64,000 bases of DNA from Dehalococcoidia bacterium (GCA_965262725.1 OZ253555.1:3552001-3616000); one strand, 5' to 3'; counted from the first letter of the stretch, positions 21,581 through 40,272 are shown. The notes: generated by a model from the sequence alone, not told the origin. Numbers and translations: made by a program.

Positions 21581-22308
21581 CAGCGCTCTCCCGCCGCGGT
21601 CGCATCACCCGCGCCACCGCTTCCGGGCTCGCCCGGCCCGACCGGCGGGGAGCCGTCCGGCGCGGGCACCGCCGCCCCCACGTCGCGCGCGCCGAGATCC
21701 CGCTCGAGGCTCTCGAGGCGGCGCTCCAAGGCGTCGATGCGGTCCCAGCCGGGATCGGGGAGGCGCTCGACCGTCTCGTCGCCGGCCGCGGTGACGGCGA
21801 CGACGTGGCCGGGGACTCCGACCACAGTGGCGTAGGGGGGGACGCTCGACACCACGACCGCGCCCGCCCCGATGCGCGAGTGGTGGCCGATGATCACCGC
21901 GCCGATGATCTTCGCCCCGGCGCCCACCACGACGTGGTCCTCCAGCGTCGGGTGGCGCTTCTCCCGGCGCGTCGACGTGCCGCCGAGCGTCACGCCCTGG
22001 TAGAGATGGCAGTGATCCCCGATCTCGGCCGTCTCGCCTATCACCACGCCCATCCCGTGATCGATGAAGAGACGCGACCCGATCCGCGCCCGGGGATGGA
22101 TCTCGATGCCCGTCAGAAGCCGTCCGAGGTGCGCTACCACGCGGGCCACGAGCGCCAGCCCGGCCGCGTCGAGCCGGTGCGCGAGGCGGTGCACCAGCAG
22201 CGCGTGGACGCCCGGGTAGGCGAGGAGCACCTCCGCGGCGGATCGCGCCGCCGGGTCGCGCTCCTGCGCGGTGCGCACGGCATCCCCGATCGACGAGAGC
22301 CAGTTCAT
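21580..22308 (-). CDS. cysE: Serine O-acetyltransferase
   Basis: [31 protein letters not shown] hexapeptide repeats. Confidence 0.96.
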
Positions 22309-22516
22309 CGGTGAGTCCTCGTGGCCCCGCGCGGCCACCGCCGCGCGGAGGCCGGCCGCCGCCGGCCGAGCCCGGGGCGATTCCCTCGGGGACGCCGCCC
22401 CATCAGGAGACTGCGGGGCGGGGCGGAAGGAGCCGCGGCCCCTCCATCGGGGCGCGGGGCGCGGATGCGCTGGGAACCACCGTCCACTCCGACTCGTCCT
22501 GCCCCCACACGAGAGT

Positions 22517-22996
22517 TTACGCCACATCCTCCTCGAGCATGGCCACGGCCATCGCCGCGATCGCCTCGCCGCGACCGATCTCACCAAGCCCCTCGTTGGT
22601 CGTCGCCTTGACGTTGACCCGACCGGGCTCGACCCCGAGCGTGCGTGCGATGGACTCGCGCATCGCCGAAATCAGCGCCCCGATGCGGGGACGCTCCGCC
22701 AGCACCGTCGCGTCGATATTGGAGACGCGGTACCGCTGTGCGGCGACGAGCCGCGAGGCGCGGCGCAGCAGCTCGCGGCTGTCGATTCCGGCGATCGAGG
22801 GCTCACCCGGCGGGAAGTGCTGGCCGATGTCTCCCTGACCGGCGGCCCCGAGCAGGGCATCGGTGATCGCGTGCAGCAACGCATCGCCGTCCGAGTGCCC
22901 CAGCAGCCGGGGAGCGCCCGCCACGTCGATGCCGCCGAGGCGCAGCGTTCCGACGTCGCCGAGGCGATGCACGTCGTAACCGATGCCCACGCGCAT
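22517..22996 (-). CDS. ispF: MEcPP synthase
   Basis: [30 protein letters not shown]. Confidence 0.97.
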   Translation of the reverse strand: MRVGIGYDVHRLGDVGTLRLGGIDVAGAPRLLGHSDGDALLHAITDALLGAAGQGDIGQHFPPGEPSIAGIDSRELLRRASRLVAAQRYRVSNIDATVLAERPRIGALISAMRESIARTLGVEPGRVNVKATTNEGLGEIGRGEAIAAMAVAMLEEDVA

Positions 22997-23778
22997 CAGG
23001 AGCTCCCGACTCCTCGCCCGGCGGCCCGAGCAAGCTCCTCAGCGCGCACCGCGGCCCGGACCCGCACGAGGTCGGAGGCGGTCGTGACCTTCACGTTCTC
23101 CTCCTCGCCATCGACGAGCCCGACGGGCTCCCCGATGCGCTCCACCAGTGACGCGCAGTCGGTCGCCTCGCTCGACCCCGGTTCCGACGCCGACACCAAG
23201 GCCCGCCGCAGCAGTTCGCCGGAGAACGCCTGAGGCGTCTGGGCGGCGCGCAAAGGTCCCCGCGCCAGCGTTTGCACCACCCGACCGCCGCCGTCGACCT
23301 CCTTGATGGTGTCGACGACGGGCACGCCGGGGAGCGCCGCTCCGTGCACCCGCGCCGCATCCAGCACCCGGAGCGCGAGCTCGCGAGAGGCGAGCGGCCG
23401 GGCCGCGTCGTGCACCAGGTACCAGAGGGCATCGGGCGCGGCGGCGACACCGGCGGCGACCGAGTCTTGCCTCCGCGGACCGCCCTCCACCAGGAGCAGC
23501 CGCCCAGCGCGGGCGAGCCGGGCGAGGTCGTCGTGGCGGGCCTCGGGCGCCACGACGACGACGCGCTCGACGACGGGGAGGGAGGTGAGCATCGCGAGCG
23601 GCCGCCCGACGAGCGGGGCTCCACCGAGGTCGGCCCACAGCTTCTGCCGGTCCGCTGCCGCCGCCTCCCCCATGCGAGCGGAGGATCCGGCCGCGAGCAG
23701 GATCGCGACGACCGCGCCCGCCCTCATTCCCTCGCGGGCCGGCGCCTGCCGGCGCCGTGTGTCGGCACGCTCCGGCAT
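22996..23778 (-). CDS. ispD: MEP cytidylyltransferase
   Basis: LAAGSSARM, GGPRRQDSV, VHDAARP, QTPQAF, NVKVTT; exact start uncertain. Confidence 0.95.
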   Translation of the reverse strand: MPERADTRRRQAPAREGMRAGAVVAILLAAGSSARMGEAAAADRQKLWADLGGAPLVGRPLAMLTSLPVVERVVVVAPEARHDDLARLARAGRLLLVEGGPRRQDSVAAGVAAAPDALWYLVHDAARPLASRELALRVLDAARVHGAALPGVPVVDTIKEVDGGGRVVQTLARGPLRAAQTPQAFSGELLRRALVSASEPGSSEATDCASLVERIGEPVGLVDGEEENVKVTTASDLVRVRAAVRAEELARAAGRGVGSS

Positions 23779-23964
23779 GAGGCCTCACCCCCGGTCGGCC
23801 ACGCCCCAGCGCGGCGCACTGGCGGCGACAGCGTAGCGATCCCCACGGCCCGGGGCCACGCGCGGCGGCCGGCGGCAACGTGGACCCCCCGGGGACGCTC
23901 GGATAAGCTCGATCGTCACGTCCCCGGTCGGGAGCCCCCGCTCGTGTTCGGAGGAGGAGGCGCT

Positions 23965-25890
23965 ATGGACGCTGGCTATGGGTCGCTCCTGCGCCGCGTG
24001 TCGCGCCCCGCGCGCTACACCGGCGGCGAGCTCAACTCCATCGTGAAGGACTGGGATGCGCACCCGCTCCGCGTCGCGCTCGCCTATCCCGACATCTACG
24101 ACCTCGGGATGTCCAACCTCGGCCTCATGATCCTCTACGACATCGTCAACCGCCGCGACGACGCTCTAGCGGAGCGCGTGTTCTCTCCGTGGGTGGATAT
24201 GGAGGAGCTCCTGCGCGAGCGCGGCGAGGCGCTGCGCTCGCTCGAGAGCCACCACCCGGTCCGCGACTTCGACATCCTCGGCATCACGCTGCAGTACGAG
24301 GCCTGCTACACGAACGTGCTCAACATGCTCGATCTCTCGGGCATCGCGCTCCGGACTGCCGACCGCTCAGACGACGACACGATCGTGATCGCCGGTGGCT
24401 CGTGCGCGCTCGAGCCCGAGCCCCTCTCTCCCTTCATCGACGCCTTCGCGCTGGGCGAGGGTGAGGAGTTGATCCGCGAGATCCTCGACGTCGTGGCCGC
24501 CTGGAAACGCGAGGGCGGCGGCCCCAGGCGCGAGCTCCACCGCCGCCTCGCCGGCATCGCCGGCATCTATGTCCCCTCGCTCTACGAGCAGCGCTACAAG
24601 GCCGACGGGACCATCGCCGAGACTGTGCCAGTCGACGACGCCGCGCCGCCGCGTCCCGTGAGGCGGGTGCTGCAGCGCCTCGAGCCCGCCATCACGCGTC
24701 CGATCGTCCCGTTCATGGAGGTCGTGCACGACCGCGCGGCGGTGGAGATCCAGCGCGGCTGTACCCAGGGCTGCCGCTTCTGCCAGGCGGGAATGATCTA
24801 CCGTCCCACGCGGGAACGCAGCGTCGAGGAGGTCGTCCAGGCGGCCGGGGAGCTGATGGCCAACACCGGCTACGAGGAGATCTCCCTGATGTCGCTCTCC
24901 ACCACCGATCACCGCGAGATCGGCCCGATGGTCCATGCACTGATGGATGCCTACGGCGACCGGGGCCTCAAGCTGTCGATCCCCTCCACGCGGGTCGACT
25001 CGTTCTCGGTCGAGGTCGCCAACGCCGTCGCCCGCGGCAAGAAACACACGCTCACCCTCGCGCCCGAGGCCGGCTCGCAGCGACTGCGCAACACGATCAA
25101 CAAGCTCGTCTCGGAGCAGGACATCCTGACCGCCGCCGAGAACGCCTTTCAGAACGGCTGGACCTCGATCAAGATGTACTTCATGGTCGGGCAGCCGACC
25201 GAGACCGACTTCGACATCGAGGAGATCGTCCGGATTGCCGCGGAGGTGCGGGCGATCGGCCGGCGGCACGTGGGCGGAAGAGCGCGCGTGCGTGTCTCGA
25301 CGTCCAACTTCATCCCGAAGGCGCACACGCCGTACCAGTGGATCGGGCAGACGGACGCCGAGACGCTGCGCCGCCGCCATCGCATCCTGCGCGACGGCTG
25401 CCGCCGCGAGAGGGTGCAATTCAGCTGGGAAGACCCGGAGAAGTCCCTGCTCGAGGCCGTACTCTCGCGCGGAGACCGACGCGTCGCCGAGGTGATCGAG
25501 ACCGCGTGGCGTCTCGGCGCGACGTTCGACTCGTGGTCCGACCGCCACGACTGGTCGCTCTGGGAGCGCGCCTTCGCCGAGCACGACCTGGACCCCGCGT
25601 TCTACGGGCAGCGGGACCGTGATCTCTGGGAGCAGCTGCCGTGGTCCCACATCCACGGCGGCATCGAGCCCTCCTTCCTGCGAGCGGAGTGGATGAAGAC
25701 GCTGAACGAGGAGATCACGCTCGACTGCAAGCGCGACCCGTGCAACGTCTGCGGCATGCAGAACGAGCACGGCGAGTGCCGCCACAAGATCGGAGAGCTT
25801 GTCGCCTTCAAGCGGGCCGGCGACGACGTGAAGGGCCGCCGCATCGCCGAGGAGCGCGAGCGGCTGGCCGTCCCGCTCACGCTCGTCTAG
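23965..25890 (+). CDS. TIGR03960-like radical SAM protein
   Basis: PARYTGGELN, YPDIYDLGMSNLG, RGCTQGCRFCQAG (CxxxCxxC), APEAGSQRLR; GGAGGAGG RBS. Confidence 0.9.
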   Translation: MDAGYGSLLRRVSRPARYTGGELNSIVKDWDAHPLRVALAYPDIYDLGMSNLGLMILYDIVNRRDDALAERVFSPWVDMEELLRERGEALRSLESHHPVRDFDILGITLQYEACYTNVLNMLDLSGIALRTADRSDDDTIVIAGGSCALEPEPLSPFIDAFALGEGEELIREILDVVAAWKREGGGPRRELHRRLAGIAGIYVPSLYEQRYKADGTIAETVPVDDAAPPRPVRRVLQRLEPAITRPIVPFMEVVHDRAAVEIQRGCTQGCRFCQAGMIYRPTRERSVEEVVQAAGELMANTGYEEISLMSLSTTDHREIGPMVHALMDAYGDRGLKLSIPSTRVDSFSVEVANAVARGKKHTLTLAPEAGSQRLRNTINKLVSEQDILTAAENAFQNGWTSIKMYFMVGQPTETDFDIEEIVRIAAEVRAIGRRHVGGRARVRVSTSNFIPKAHTPYQWIGQTDAETLRRRHRILRDGCRRERVQFSWEDPEKSLLEAVLSRGDRRVAEVIETAWRLGATFDSWSDRHDWSLWERAFAEHDLDPAFYGQRDRDLWEQLPWSHIHGGIEPSFLRAEWMKTLNEEITLDCKRDPCNVCGMQNEHGECRHKIGELVAFKRAGDDVKGRRIAEERERLAVPLTLV

Positions 25891-25984
25891 CAGTCCCCCG
25901 CGCATTCCTGCGCCCGCTGGCGTCCCCGGCGGCGACACTCCACCCGCGCGGCGTCCCCCCGCCGCCGGGTGAGGCCCGCGCGCC

Positions 25985-26758
25985 TCAGCGGCGCGACTCC
26001 CACCGGAAGAACCGGACCGCGATCAGCATCGCGGCGGCCAGCCAGGCGGCCATGACCGCGAGGTGCACCGCCTCGAACCCCGCGCCCCGCTCGAACGGGT
26101 CGAAGGAGGCGTGCAGCGCGAGCGCGAAGTGCCGCACCGGGAAGAGGTCGGCGAACGTCGTCAGCCACGCCGGTGCGTCGTCCAGCGGGATGAAGACGTC
26201 AGAGACGAAGAGCAGCGGGAGAACCGAGGCGTTCACGATCGCCGGCGACGCCTCGGCGTTGGGGATCACGGTGGTCACGGCGAGCCCGAGGGCGCTGAAG
26301 GTAGCCGAGCCGATGATCAGGGTCAGGGCGAAGGCCGGCAGCGTGCGCGTCGGGACGGCCGTGTCGTAGAAGACCACGCCGGCGGCGGACACCACGACAA
26401 CGAGCAGGACTCCTATCAGGACAGCGTGCCCCACCTTCCCGCCCAGGAGCGCCCACGTCGGGAGCGGCGTCCCGCGCACGCGCTTGAGCAGGCCCTGATC
26501 CCTCGAGAACGAGAGCCCCATCGCCACGTTGGTGTAGCACGCCCCGATCACCGACATGGCGATGATGCCGGGGACGTAGAAGGTCGAGATGCCCGCCGTG
26601 CCGCCGGAGAGTTCCACGGTGCCGCCCCCGAAGATCAGGTTGAAGATCACCAGGAACATCAGCGGGAAGACGATCGTGAAGAACGCCGCGGGAGGGTTAC
26701 GCCAGAACGACCTGTTCTCGTACCTCACCTGCCGCAGCACGACGGCGACGGGGCGCAC
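25985..26758 (-). CDS. ABC-2 type exporter permease
   Basis: Multi-TM protein, FWRNPPAAFF, GLLKRVRGTP, FFRWE. Confidence 0.9.
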   Translation of the reverse strand: MRPVAVVLRQVRYENRSFWRNPPAAFFTIVFPLMFLVIFNLIFGGGTVELSGGTAGISTFYVPGIIAMSVIGACYTNVAMGLSFSRDQGLLKRVRGTPLPTWALLGGKVGHAVLIGVLLVVVVSAAGVVFYDTAVPTRTLPAFALTLIIGSATFSALGLAVTTVIPNAEASPAIVNASVLPLLFVSDVFIPLDDAPAWLTTFADLFPVRHFALALHASFDPFERGAGFEAVHLAVMAAWLAAAMLIAVRFFRWESRR

Positions 26759-27694
26759 CTACGTGCCGCCGTTCGTGCCGGGCGCACCGGCAAGCGCGAG
26801 GAAGACGTCCTCGAGCGAGGGCGCCGAGACGGAGAGCTCCCGCAGCTCGACCCCCTCCCCCACCGCCCAGCCCGTGAGCACGTGGAGCGCGCTGGTTGCC
26901 TCGCGCGTGGTGATCACGTAGCCGCCGTTGCTCCCCGCCGGCTCCGCCGACAGATGATCGGGAGGGCGAGCGCCCTCCACGCGGAAGCGGATCGTCGTGT
27001 GCGCCTCCCGGCGCACGAGGTCGTCCACCGACCCCTCCGCGACGATCCTCCCGTCCACCAGGATCGCGACGCGGTCGGCCAGGTACTCCGCCTCCTCCAT
27101 GTAGTGGGTCGTGAGGACGACCGTCTTGCCGAGGGACCGGAGGCCCCGCACCATCTCCCACGCCTCCCGGCGGGCGGAGGGGTCGAAGCCGGTCGTCGGC
27201 TCGTCGAGAAAGAGCAGCTCGGGATTCCCGGCGAGTCCCACGGCGACGTCGAGCCTGCGCTGCTGGCCCCCGGAGAGGCGGCGGACGAGCGTGCGGCGCT
27301 GCTCCGTGAGCCCGATCAGATCGAGGATCGCCTCCCGCGGAAGCGGATCCGGGTAGTAGCCGCGGAAGAGCTCGACCGTCTCCTCCACCGAGAGGTAGGG
27401 ATCGACGCTCGCCGACTGCAGCACAATGCCGATCCGCTCCCGGAAGGAGCGCTCGTGCCGCCCGGGATCGTGGCCCAGGACCGACACCTCCCCGCCCGTC
27501 CTCGCGAGGTGCCCCTCGAGGATCTCGACCGTCGTGGTCTTGCCGGCGCCGTTGGGGCCGAGAATGGCGAAGATCTCGCCGCGTGAGACGGTGACGTCGA
27601 TGCCGCGGACTGCCTCCACGTCGCCGTAGGACTTGCGCAGCCCGCGCACCCGGATGGCCGGCTCCGCGCGCCCCCCCGTCCCCGCAGCCTCCAT
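26759..27694 (-). CDS. ABC exporter ATP-binding protein
   Basis: GPNGAGKTT, LSGGQ, LFLDEPT, TTH. Confidence 0.95.
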   Translation of the reverse strand: MEAAGTGGRAEPAIRVRGLRKSYGDVEAVRGIDVTVSRGEIFAILGPNGAGKTTTVEILEGHLARTGGEVSVLGHDPGRHERSFRERIGIVLQSASVDPYLSVEETVELFRGYYPDPLPREAILDLIGLTEQRRTLVRRLSGGQQRRLDVAVGLAGNPELLFLDEPTTGFDPSARREAWEMVRGLRSLGKTVVLTTHYMEEAEYLADRVAILVDGRIVAEGSVDDLVRREAHTTIRFRVEGARPPDHLSAEPAGSNGGYVITTREATSALHVLTGWAVGEGVELRELSVSAPSLEDVFLALAGAPGTNGGT

Positions 27695-27775
27695 GGAGTC
27701 ACCGTAGCCGACCGCACCGGCACGTGAAAGAGCGTGAGCGCATCCCCTGCGCTATCGCGCCCGCGGTCTGAGCAC

Positions 27776-27806
27776 AGGAGAGCCCCGGCTCTGCCGGGGC
27801 TCTCCT
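27776..27806. terminator. Stem-loop downstream of rpoC
   Basis: Perfect inverted repeat AGGAGAGCCCCGGC-TCT-GCCGGGGCTCTCCT; weak U-tract. Confidence 0.65.
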
Positions 27807-27856
27807 CGCCGCACCGTCTGCTGGGCCGGCCGCTCGGCTCCCGCCTCGCGGCCTGT

Positions 27857-35994
<8,138 letters not shown>

Positions 35995-36456
35995 GAGTGA
36001 CCCCTCTCCTCGACATGCGGCCGCAGGATGCGGACCAACCGCGACACCGGCCGACCCGTGCTCACGAGGCGCGGTTGGGCGTCGGCGCTCGCGGCGATTT
36101 CAGATCGCGGGTTTGCCTCTCAGGGGAGCGCGCGCAGCAGGGATCCTCGCGGGCATACGTGACCGCCGGCGCGCCGCACAGCGAACCGACGCCACCGCGC
36201 GCGGGAGCGCGGTGGTGTACCAACGTGAAACAGCAAGCTTAGTAGCGGCGTACAAGGCCCGGGAAGTGTAGTGGCCGGGGGGCGGAAACTCAACCCCGCG
36301 AATCCTGCCGGCGCCTGGCAACACGCGGCGCCGGAGGGCCGCCGGGTTGCGCGATCACTCGCGCTGCCCGGCCCGGCGGCTGTCGCCGTCGGGCCGCGGC
36401 GCCATGCTACCGTGAGCCGCGGAGGATGGGCGCCAGACGGCGTATCCCACAGGGAG

Positions 36457-36945
36457 GTGGCGGTGGCTGGATTCGCGAGCGCCGAGGTCGAGGCAGCGTG
36501 GAACAGCGTGGCGCAACGGCTCGACGGCCTCGTCGCCCTGGTGGCCGGCCGTGATGCCGCCGAGCTGAACTGGCGGCCGCCAGCGCCCGACGCGAACAGC
36601 CTCTACGTTCTCGCCACGCACACCATCGCCAACGCGCGTCAGGGACTTCTCGTCGTCCTCTGCGGCCATGCCGACGACCGCGATCGCGACGCAGAGTTCC
36701 GCGCCGGCGGCGACTCCGGCGAACCGCTGGAGCATCGCTGGCACGAGCTCCGCGCCGAGATGCTCGACTGCCTCGCCGCGCTTCCCCCCGCGCGCCTGGA
36801 CGAGACGCTCGTCCATCCGCGCCAGGGCGAGCTCACCGGCCGCGAGACGCTCCTCCTCGTCGCGACACACGCGGCCGAACATCTCGGCCAGGCGGAGCTG
36901 ACCCGCGACCTCCTCGCCGCGAGCCCGGGCGGCACGGCCGCCTAG
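36457..36945 (+). CDS. DinB/DUF664-family protein
   Basis: LNWRP..ANSLYVLATH, RDRDAEF, HAAEHLGQ. Confidence 0.85.
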   Translation: MAVAGFASAEVEAAWNSVAQRLDGLVALVAGRDAAELNWRPPAPDANSLYVLATHTIANARQGLLVVLCGHADDRDRDAEFRAGGDSGEPLEHRWHELRAEMLDCLAALPPARLDETLVHPRQGELTGRETLLLVATHAAEHLGQAELTRDLLAASPGGTAA

Positions 36946-38132
36946 GGGGCGAGCGACCCCGGCATAGGCGACGCGCCCGCCAGGGGGCGCCGCGACGCCG
37001 CTTCCCAGATCGCCCACGCCTCCTTCGGCGTATCCTCGGCGTTGCGCAGCCCGGTGCTCGCCAGCAGGTCGGCCGGCGGTGCGACCTCGTAGCGTGGGTC
37101 GCGGCCGAGGTACCAGACCACGAGCTCGACTCCGAGTGCGTCCGCATCCTCGAGCAGCCGCGCCAGGAAGCGCCGCTGCTCCGGCTCCGTCGACGAGTTC
37201 ACCCCGTCCCGCCCCGGTGTCGACGCGAACCCGACCGAGAGGAAGGCGATCGGAGCCTGGATGCGATCCGCGATCTGGGAGTAGTAGTCCGGCGGCACCT
37301 TGCGGGCCACCGCGTACGCGAACGAGGGGAAGCTCGACAGCGCGAGAAGATCGAGACGATCCCGATAATCCTCCAGCAGCTCCCAGCGCGGCACGTGCGG
37401 GGGGAGCCACGGGACGACCCCCAGGAGCTCCTCGTACTGGAAAGTGACGAAGACCTGCGTCTCCGGGCTCACCTCCTTCACGGCGAGATAGGCTTCGCGA
37501 TAGGCCGCCGTGAACTGACGATACGCCGTCGGGTCGCGCTCGAATGTGGAATTGATCTCGCTGGCGAGCGAGAGGTACGCCGGGCGCTCGTTGGACGCCA
37601 CGTAGCGCGCCTCCTCGACGAAGGCTCGCCGCAACGCCGGATCGGAGAGATCGCGCCCCTCGTAGCCCGCTGGCAGAGCGGCGAGCCGGCCGCGATCCGC
37701 GGGATCGAACGGATCGAGCGCCACGACGAGCGCGAGCCCGCGCGACGACGCCGCCTCGCGCTCCGAGACGGTGCGCGCGGCCAGGTCGTCGACCTCATCG
37801 GACCCGGGCAAGAACGCCGCCCAGCGGGGGGCGCGCGGCACGACGATCACCTCGCCGTACATCGCGGCGAAATCGAAGGCCGCCCGGTAGGACTCGTCGG
37901 TCAGCTCCGCCGGCGTCGCGGTGAACCCGAGCAGGTAGGAGCGCGGCGGTCCCTCCCGGGGCCGAGGCGGCAGCGCCGCGGGCGATTCGGTCGGAGGCGG
38001 CGCAACGGGCGGGTCGGGCGAACCGCCGCAGCCGGCGACCAGCAGGAGGAGCGCCAGAAGCCCGGCCGACCATCGTGCCCACGAAACCGGCGGAACGGGA
38101 GAGAGAACGCCGCGGGCCCGCCGCCAGCTCAC
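36942..38132 (-). CDS. Lipoprotein with glycoside-hydrolase-like TIM barrel
   Basis: Lipobox LVAGC; YLSLASEIN, STGLR...TPKEAW resemble clan GH-A; start uncertain. Confidence 0.6.
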   Translation of the reverse strand: MSWRRARGVLSPVPPVSWARWSAGLLALLLLVAGCGGSPDPPVAPPPTESPAALPPRPREGPPRSYLLGFTATPAELTDESYRAAFDFAAMYGEVIVVPRAPRWAAFLPGSDEVDDLAARTVSEREAASSRGLALVVALDPFDPADRGRLAALPAGYEGRDLSDPALRRAFVEEARYVASNERPAYLSLASEINSTFERDPTAYRQFTAAYREAYLAVKEVSPETQVFVTFQYEELLGVVPWLPPHVPRWELLEDYRDRLDLLALSSFPSFAYAVARKVPPDYYSQIADRIQAPIAFLSVGFASTPGRDGVNSSTEPEQRRFLARLLEDADALGVELVVWYLGRDPRYEVAPPADLLASTGLRNAEDTPKEAWAIWEAASRRPLAGASPMPGSLAP

Positions 38133-38222
38133 GGCGTGATTCTCGCCGCCGCCGCCGTCGGCAGCAATGCCGCCTGTTTTCGAGCCACCCGGGCGGGACC
38201 GAGCGCCGTGTAGACTGGCGAT

Positions 38223-38672
38223 GTGGATCACCGCTTCGAAGTCGACCTCTCCGGGCTCAAGCGATCGCTTAGCACGACCGACCACGTCCTGATGCGATTC
38301 CAGCCCTTCCCGCAGCGTCTCTTCATCGACTTCCGCAGCAGCGCCGAGCGCGGACCCGGCGCCTGCGTGCTGCCGCAGGCGAGTACCCTCGCCGAGCGGC
38401 TCGCCTCCGTCGAGAGAGCGCGGCCCGGGCTCCCGCCGCTGAAGCAGCTTCGCGTCTTCGTCTGGCCCCTGCGCGTCCGCTCGCTCGACCGGCTCGGGCT
38501 GCACGACGTCGTGCGCGCGCGCTTCGCCGCGCTCGACGCCCTCGAGGCGATCCCCGAGCTCAACGAGGCGCAGGAGGAGTTGCTGAGTCTTGAGCGCGAG
38601 GAGCTGCGCCGGGCCATCACCGGTGATGGGTACCGCACGCTCTGGACCCGCGCGGACCAGCGCTCATCGTGA
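38223..38672 (+). CDS. Hypothetical protein
   Basis: 149-aa ORF, RLFIDFR...YRTLW; TAGACT 6 nt upstream of start. Confidence 0.7.
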   Translation: MDHRFEVDLSGLKRSLSTTDHVLMRFQPFPQRLFIDFRSSAERGPGACVLPQASTLAERLASVERARPGLPPLKQLRVFVWPLRVRSLDRLGLHDVVRARFAALDALEAIPELNEAQEELLSLEREELRRAITGDGYRTLWTRADQRSS

Positions 38673-38715
38673 GCTGGGCGCCTCCCGCCCCGCGCGGGTG
38701 AGCGAACCGTCCTAG

Positions 38716-39078
38716 ATGGAGCGCTCCCGCTTCCGGCGGCTCGTGACGCGCGCGCTACGGTCGCTCCCCGTCGACATCAGAGACCGGCTGGACAACCTTG
38801 AGATTGTGATCCGCCGCGAACCCTCCAGCGGGGAGCTCCGCGAGGCGGGGCTCCCGCAGGGCGAGGGTCTCTTCGGCCTCTACGTCGGGACTCCGCACAC
38901 CGAGCGCGGCGAGTACCAGCTCGCCCTCCCCGACCGCATCGTCATCTACCAGGGCCCGCTCGAGCGGGCCATCCACCCGCGTGACATCCCGCGGGAAGTG
39001 GCCGCCACGGTGATCCACGAGATCGGTCACCACTTCGGCATCGACGACGACCGCCTCGAGGAACTGGGCATCGGCTAG
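38716..39078 (+). CDS. Zincin-like metallopeptidase (Zincin_1/DUF1025)
   Basis: LFGLYVG, PDRIVIYQGP, VIHEIGHHFGIDD (HExxH). Confidence 0.9.
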   Translation: MERSRFRRLVTRALRSLPVDIRDRLDNLEIVIRREPSSGELREAGLPQGEGLFGLYVGTPHTERGEYQLALPDRIVIYQGPLERAIHPRDIPREVAATVIHEIGHHFGIDDDRLEELGIG

Positions 39079-40262
39079 ACACCCCCGGCGTCCGCGGTGC
39101 CGCCATCTCTCGCGAGGAATCGCGTGACGAGTCGCTCGGCGGCGCGCATCACGAGCTCGTGCGCGCGGCGCATCGCCTCCTCGCGCGGGCGGCCCGCGCC
39201 GGCTTCCTCGTAGTCGACCAGGCCCGGCGGACGCGCCGCCAGCTCGCCGCACACCGCGAGGCACGGCCGACCGGCCGCGGCGGCCACCCCGGCGGCGTAG
39301 TGCGTCGCCTTGCCGAAGGCGCTCTGCTCGTCGAGCCGACCCTCTCCCGTGATCACCAGATCCGAGCGGCGCGCGGCCGCCGCGAGTCCGACCGCCTCGC
39401 CCACCAGCGCCGCGCCACCCTCGAGCTTCGCCTCCGCCCCGGCCGCGGCGGCCGCGGCCAGAAGACCAACCGGAAGCCCACCGCCGGCTCCAGCACCCGC
39501 GACATCCGCCACATCGACGCCCACGTCCTCCAGGCAGCGAGCCGCCCAGCGCGCGAGCCCGGCCTCGAGCCTGCGGGCCAGGACGGCGTCGACGCCCTTC
39601 TGCGGGCCGTAAACGGCCGTCGCCCCCTCCGGTCCGAGCAGCGGGTTGGAGACGTCGACGGCGATGTGCAGCGACGCGCCGCGGAGCGCCTCGCGCGATG
39701 GGCCGCTGCGCGCGCGCTCGATCCGCCCCAGGTCGACAAGCGCCCCTCCCCCCTCGGCGAGCGGAGCACCACGGGCGTCGATGAGCGCGAGGCCGAGCGC
39801 GCGAGCGGCGCCGGCGCCGCCGTCGTTGGTAGCCGTGCCGCCGACGCCGACGACTATCTCGCGCGCGCCGTGGGCGAGGGCGCGGGTGATCAGCTCGCCG
39901 ACGCCGCGCGTCGTGGCGCGCGCCGCGTCCCTCCTCCCCGCCGACAGCCGGGCGATCCCGCACGCCTCCGCCGACTCGACGATCGCGACCGGCGCGCCGG
40001 AGGCGCGAGCGAGCACCGCGAGGCGCGCCGCGACCGGCTCACCGAGCGGCCCGCTCACGCGCACGCGGCTCAGCGCCGCCGGCTCCGCCGCGGCGAGCAC
40101 ATCGAGCGTGCCCGGTCCGCCGTCGGCCAACGGCCGCTCGACCACGCGGCCCTCCACGCCCGCCCGGACGAGCGCGCGCCGCGCGCCGCGCGCGATCGAC
40201 GCCGTCGCCTGCTCAGCCGTCAAAGAGCCCTTGAACTCCTGCGGGCAGACGAGCACCCGCAC
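39075..40262 (-). CDS. Glycerate kinase (GlxK family)
   Basis: PQEFKGSL, ADGGPGT, GGTATNDGGAG, YGPQKG, TGEGRLD. Confidence 0.93.
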   Translation of the reverse strand: MRVLVCPQEFKGSLTAEQATASIARGARRALVRAGVEGRVVERPLADGGPGTLDVLAAAEPAALSRVRVSGPLGEPVAARLAVLARASGAPVAIVESAEACGIARLSAGRRDAARATTRGVGELITRALAHGAREIVVGVGGTATNDGGAGAARALGLALIDARGAPLAEGGGALVDLGRIERARSGPSREALRGASLHIAVDVSNPLLGPEGATAVYGPQKGVDAVLARRLEAGLARWAARCLEDVGVDVADVAGAGAGGGLPVGLLAAAAAAGAEAKLEGGAALVGEAVGLAAAARRSDLVITGEGRLDEQSAFGKATHYAAGVAAAAGRPCLAVCGELAARPPGLVDYEEAGAGRPREEAMRRAHELVMRAAERLVTRFLARDGGTADAGGV

Positions 40263-40272
40263 CGGCGGTCCC

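Noticed and set aside
22470-22490. T-box core upstream of cysE
   Set aside because: GGTGGTTCCC is only about 35 nt from the ispF stop, leaving no room for Stem I, and deviates from UGGNACC.
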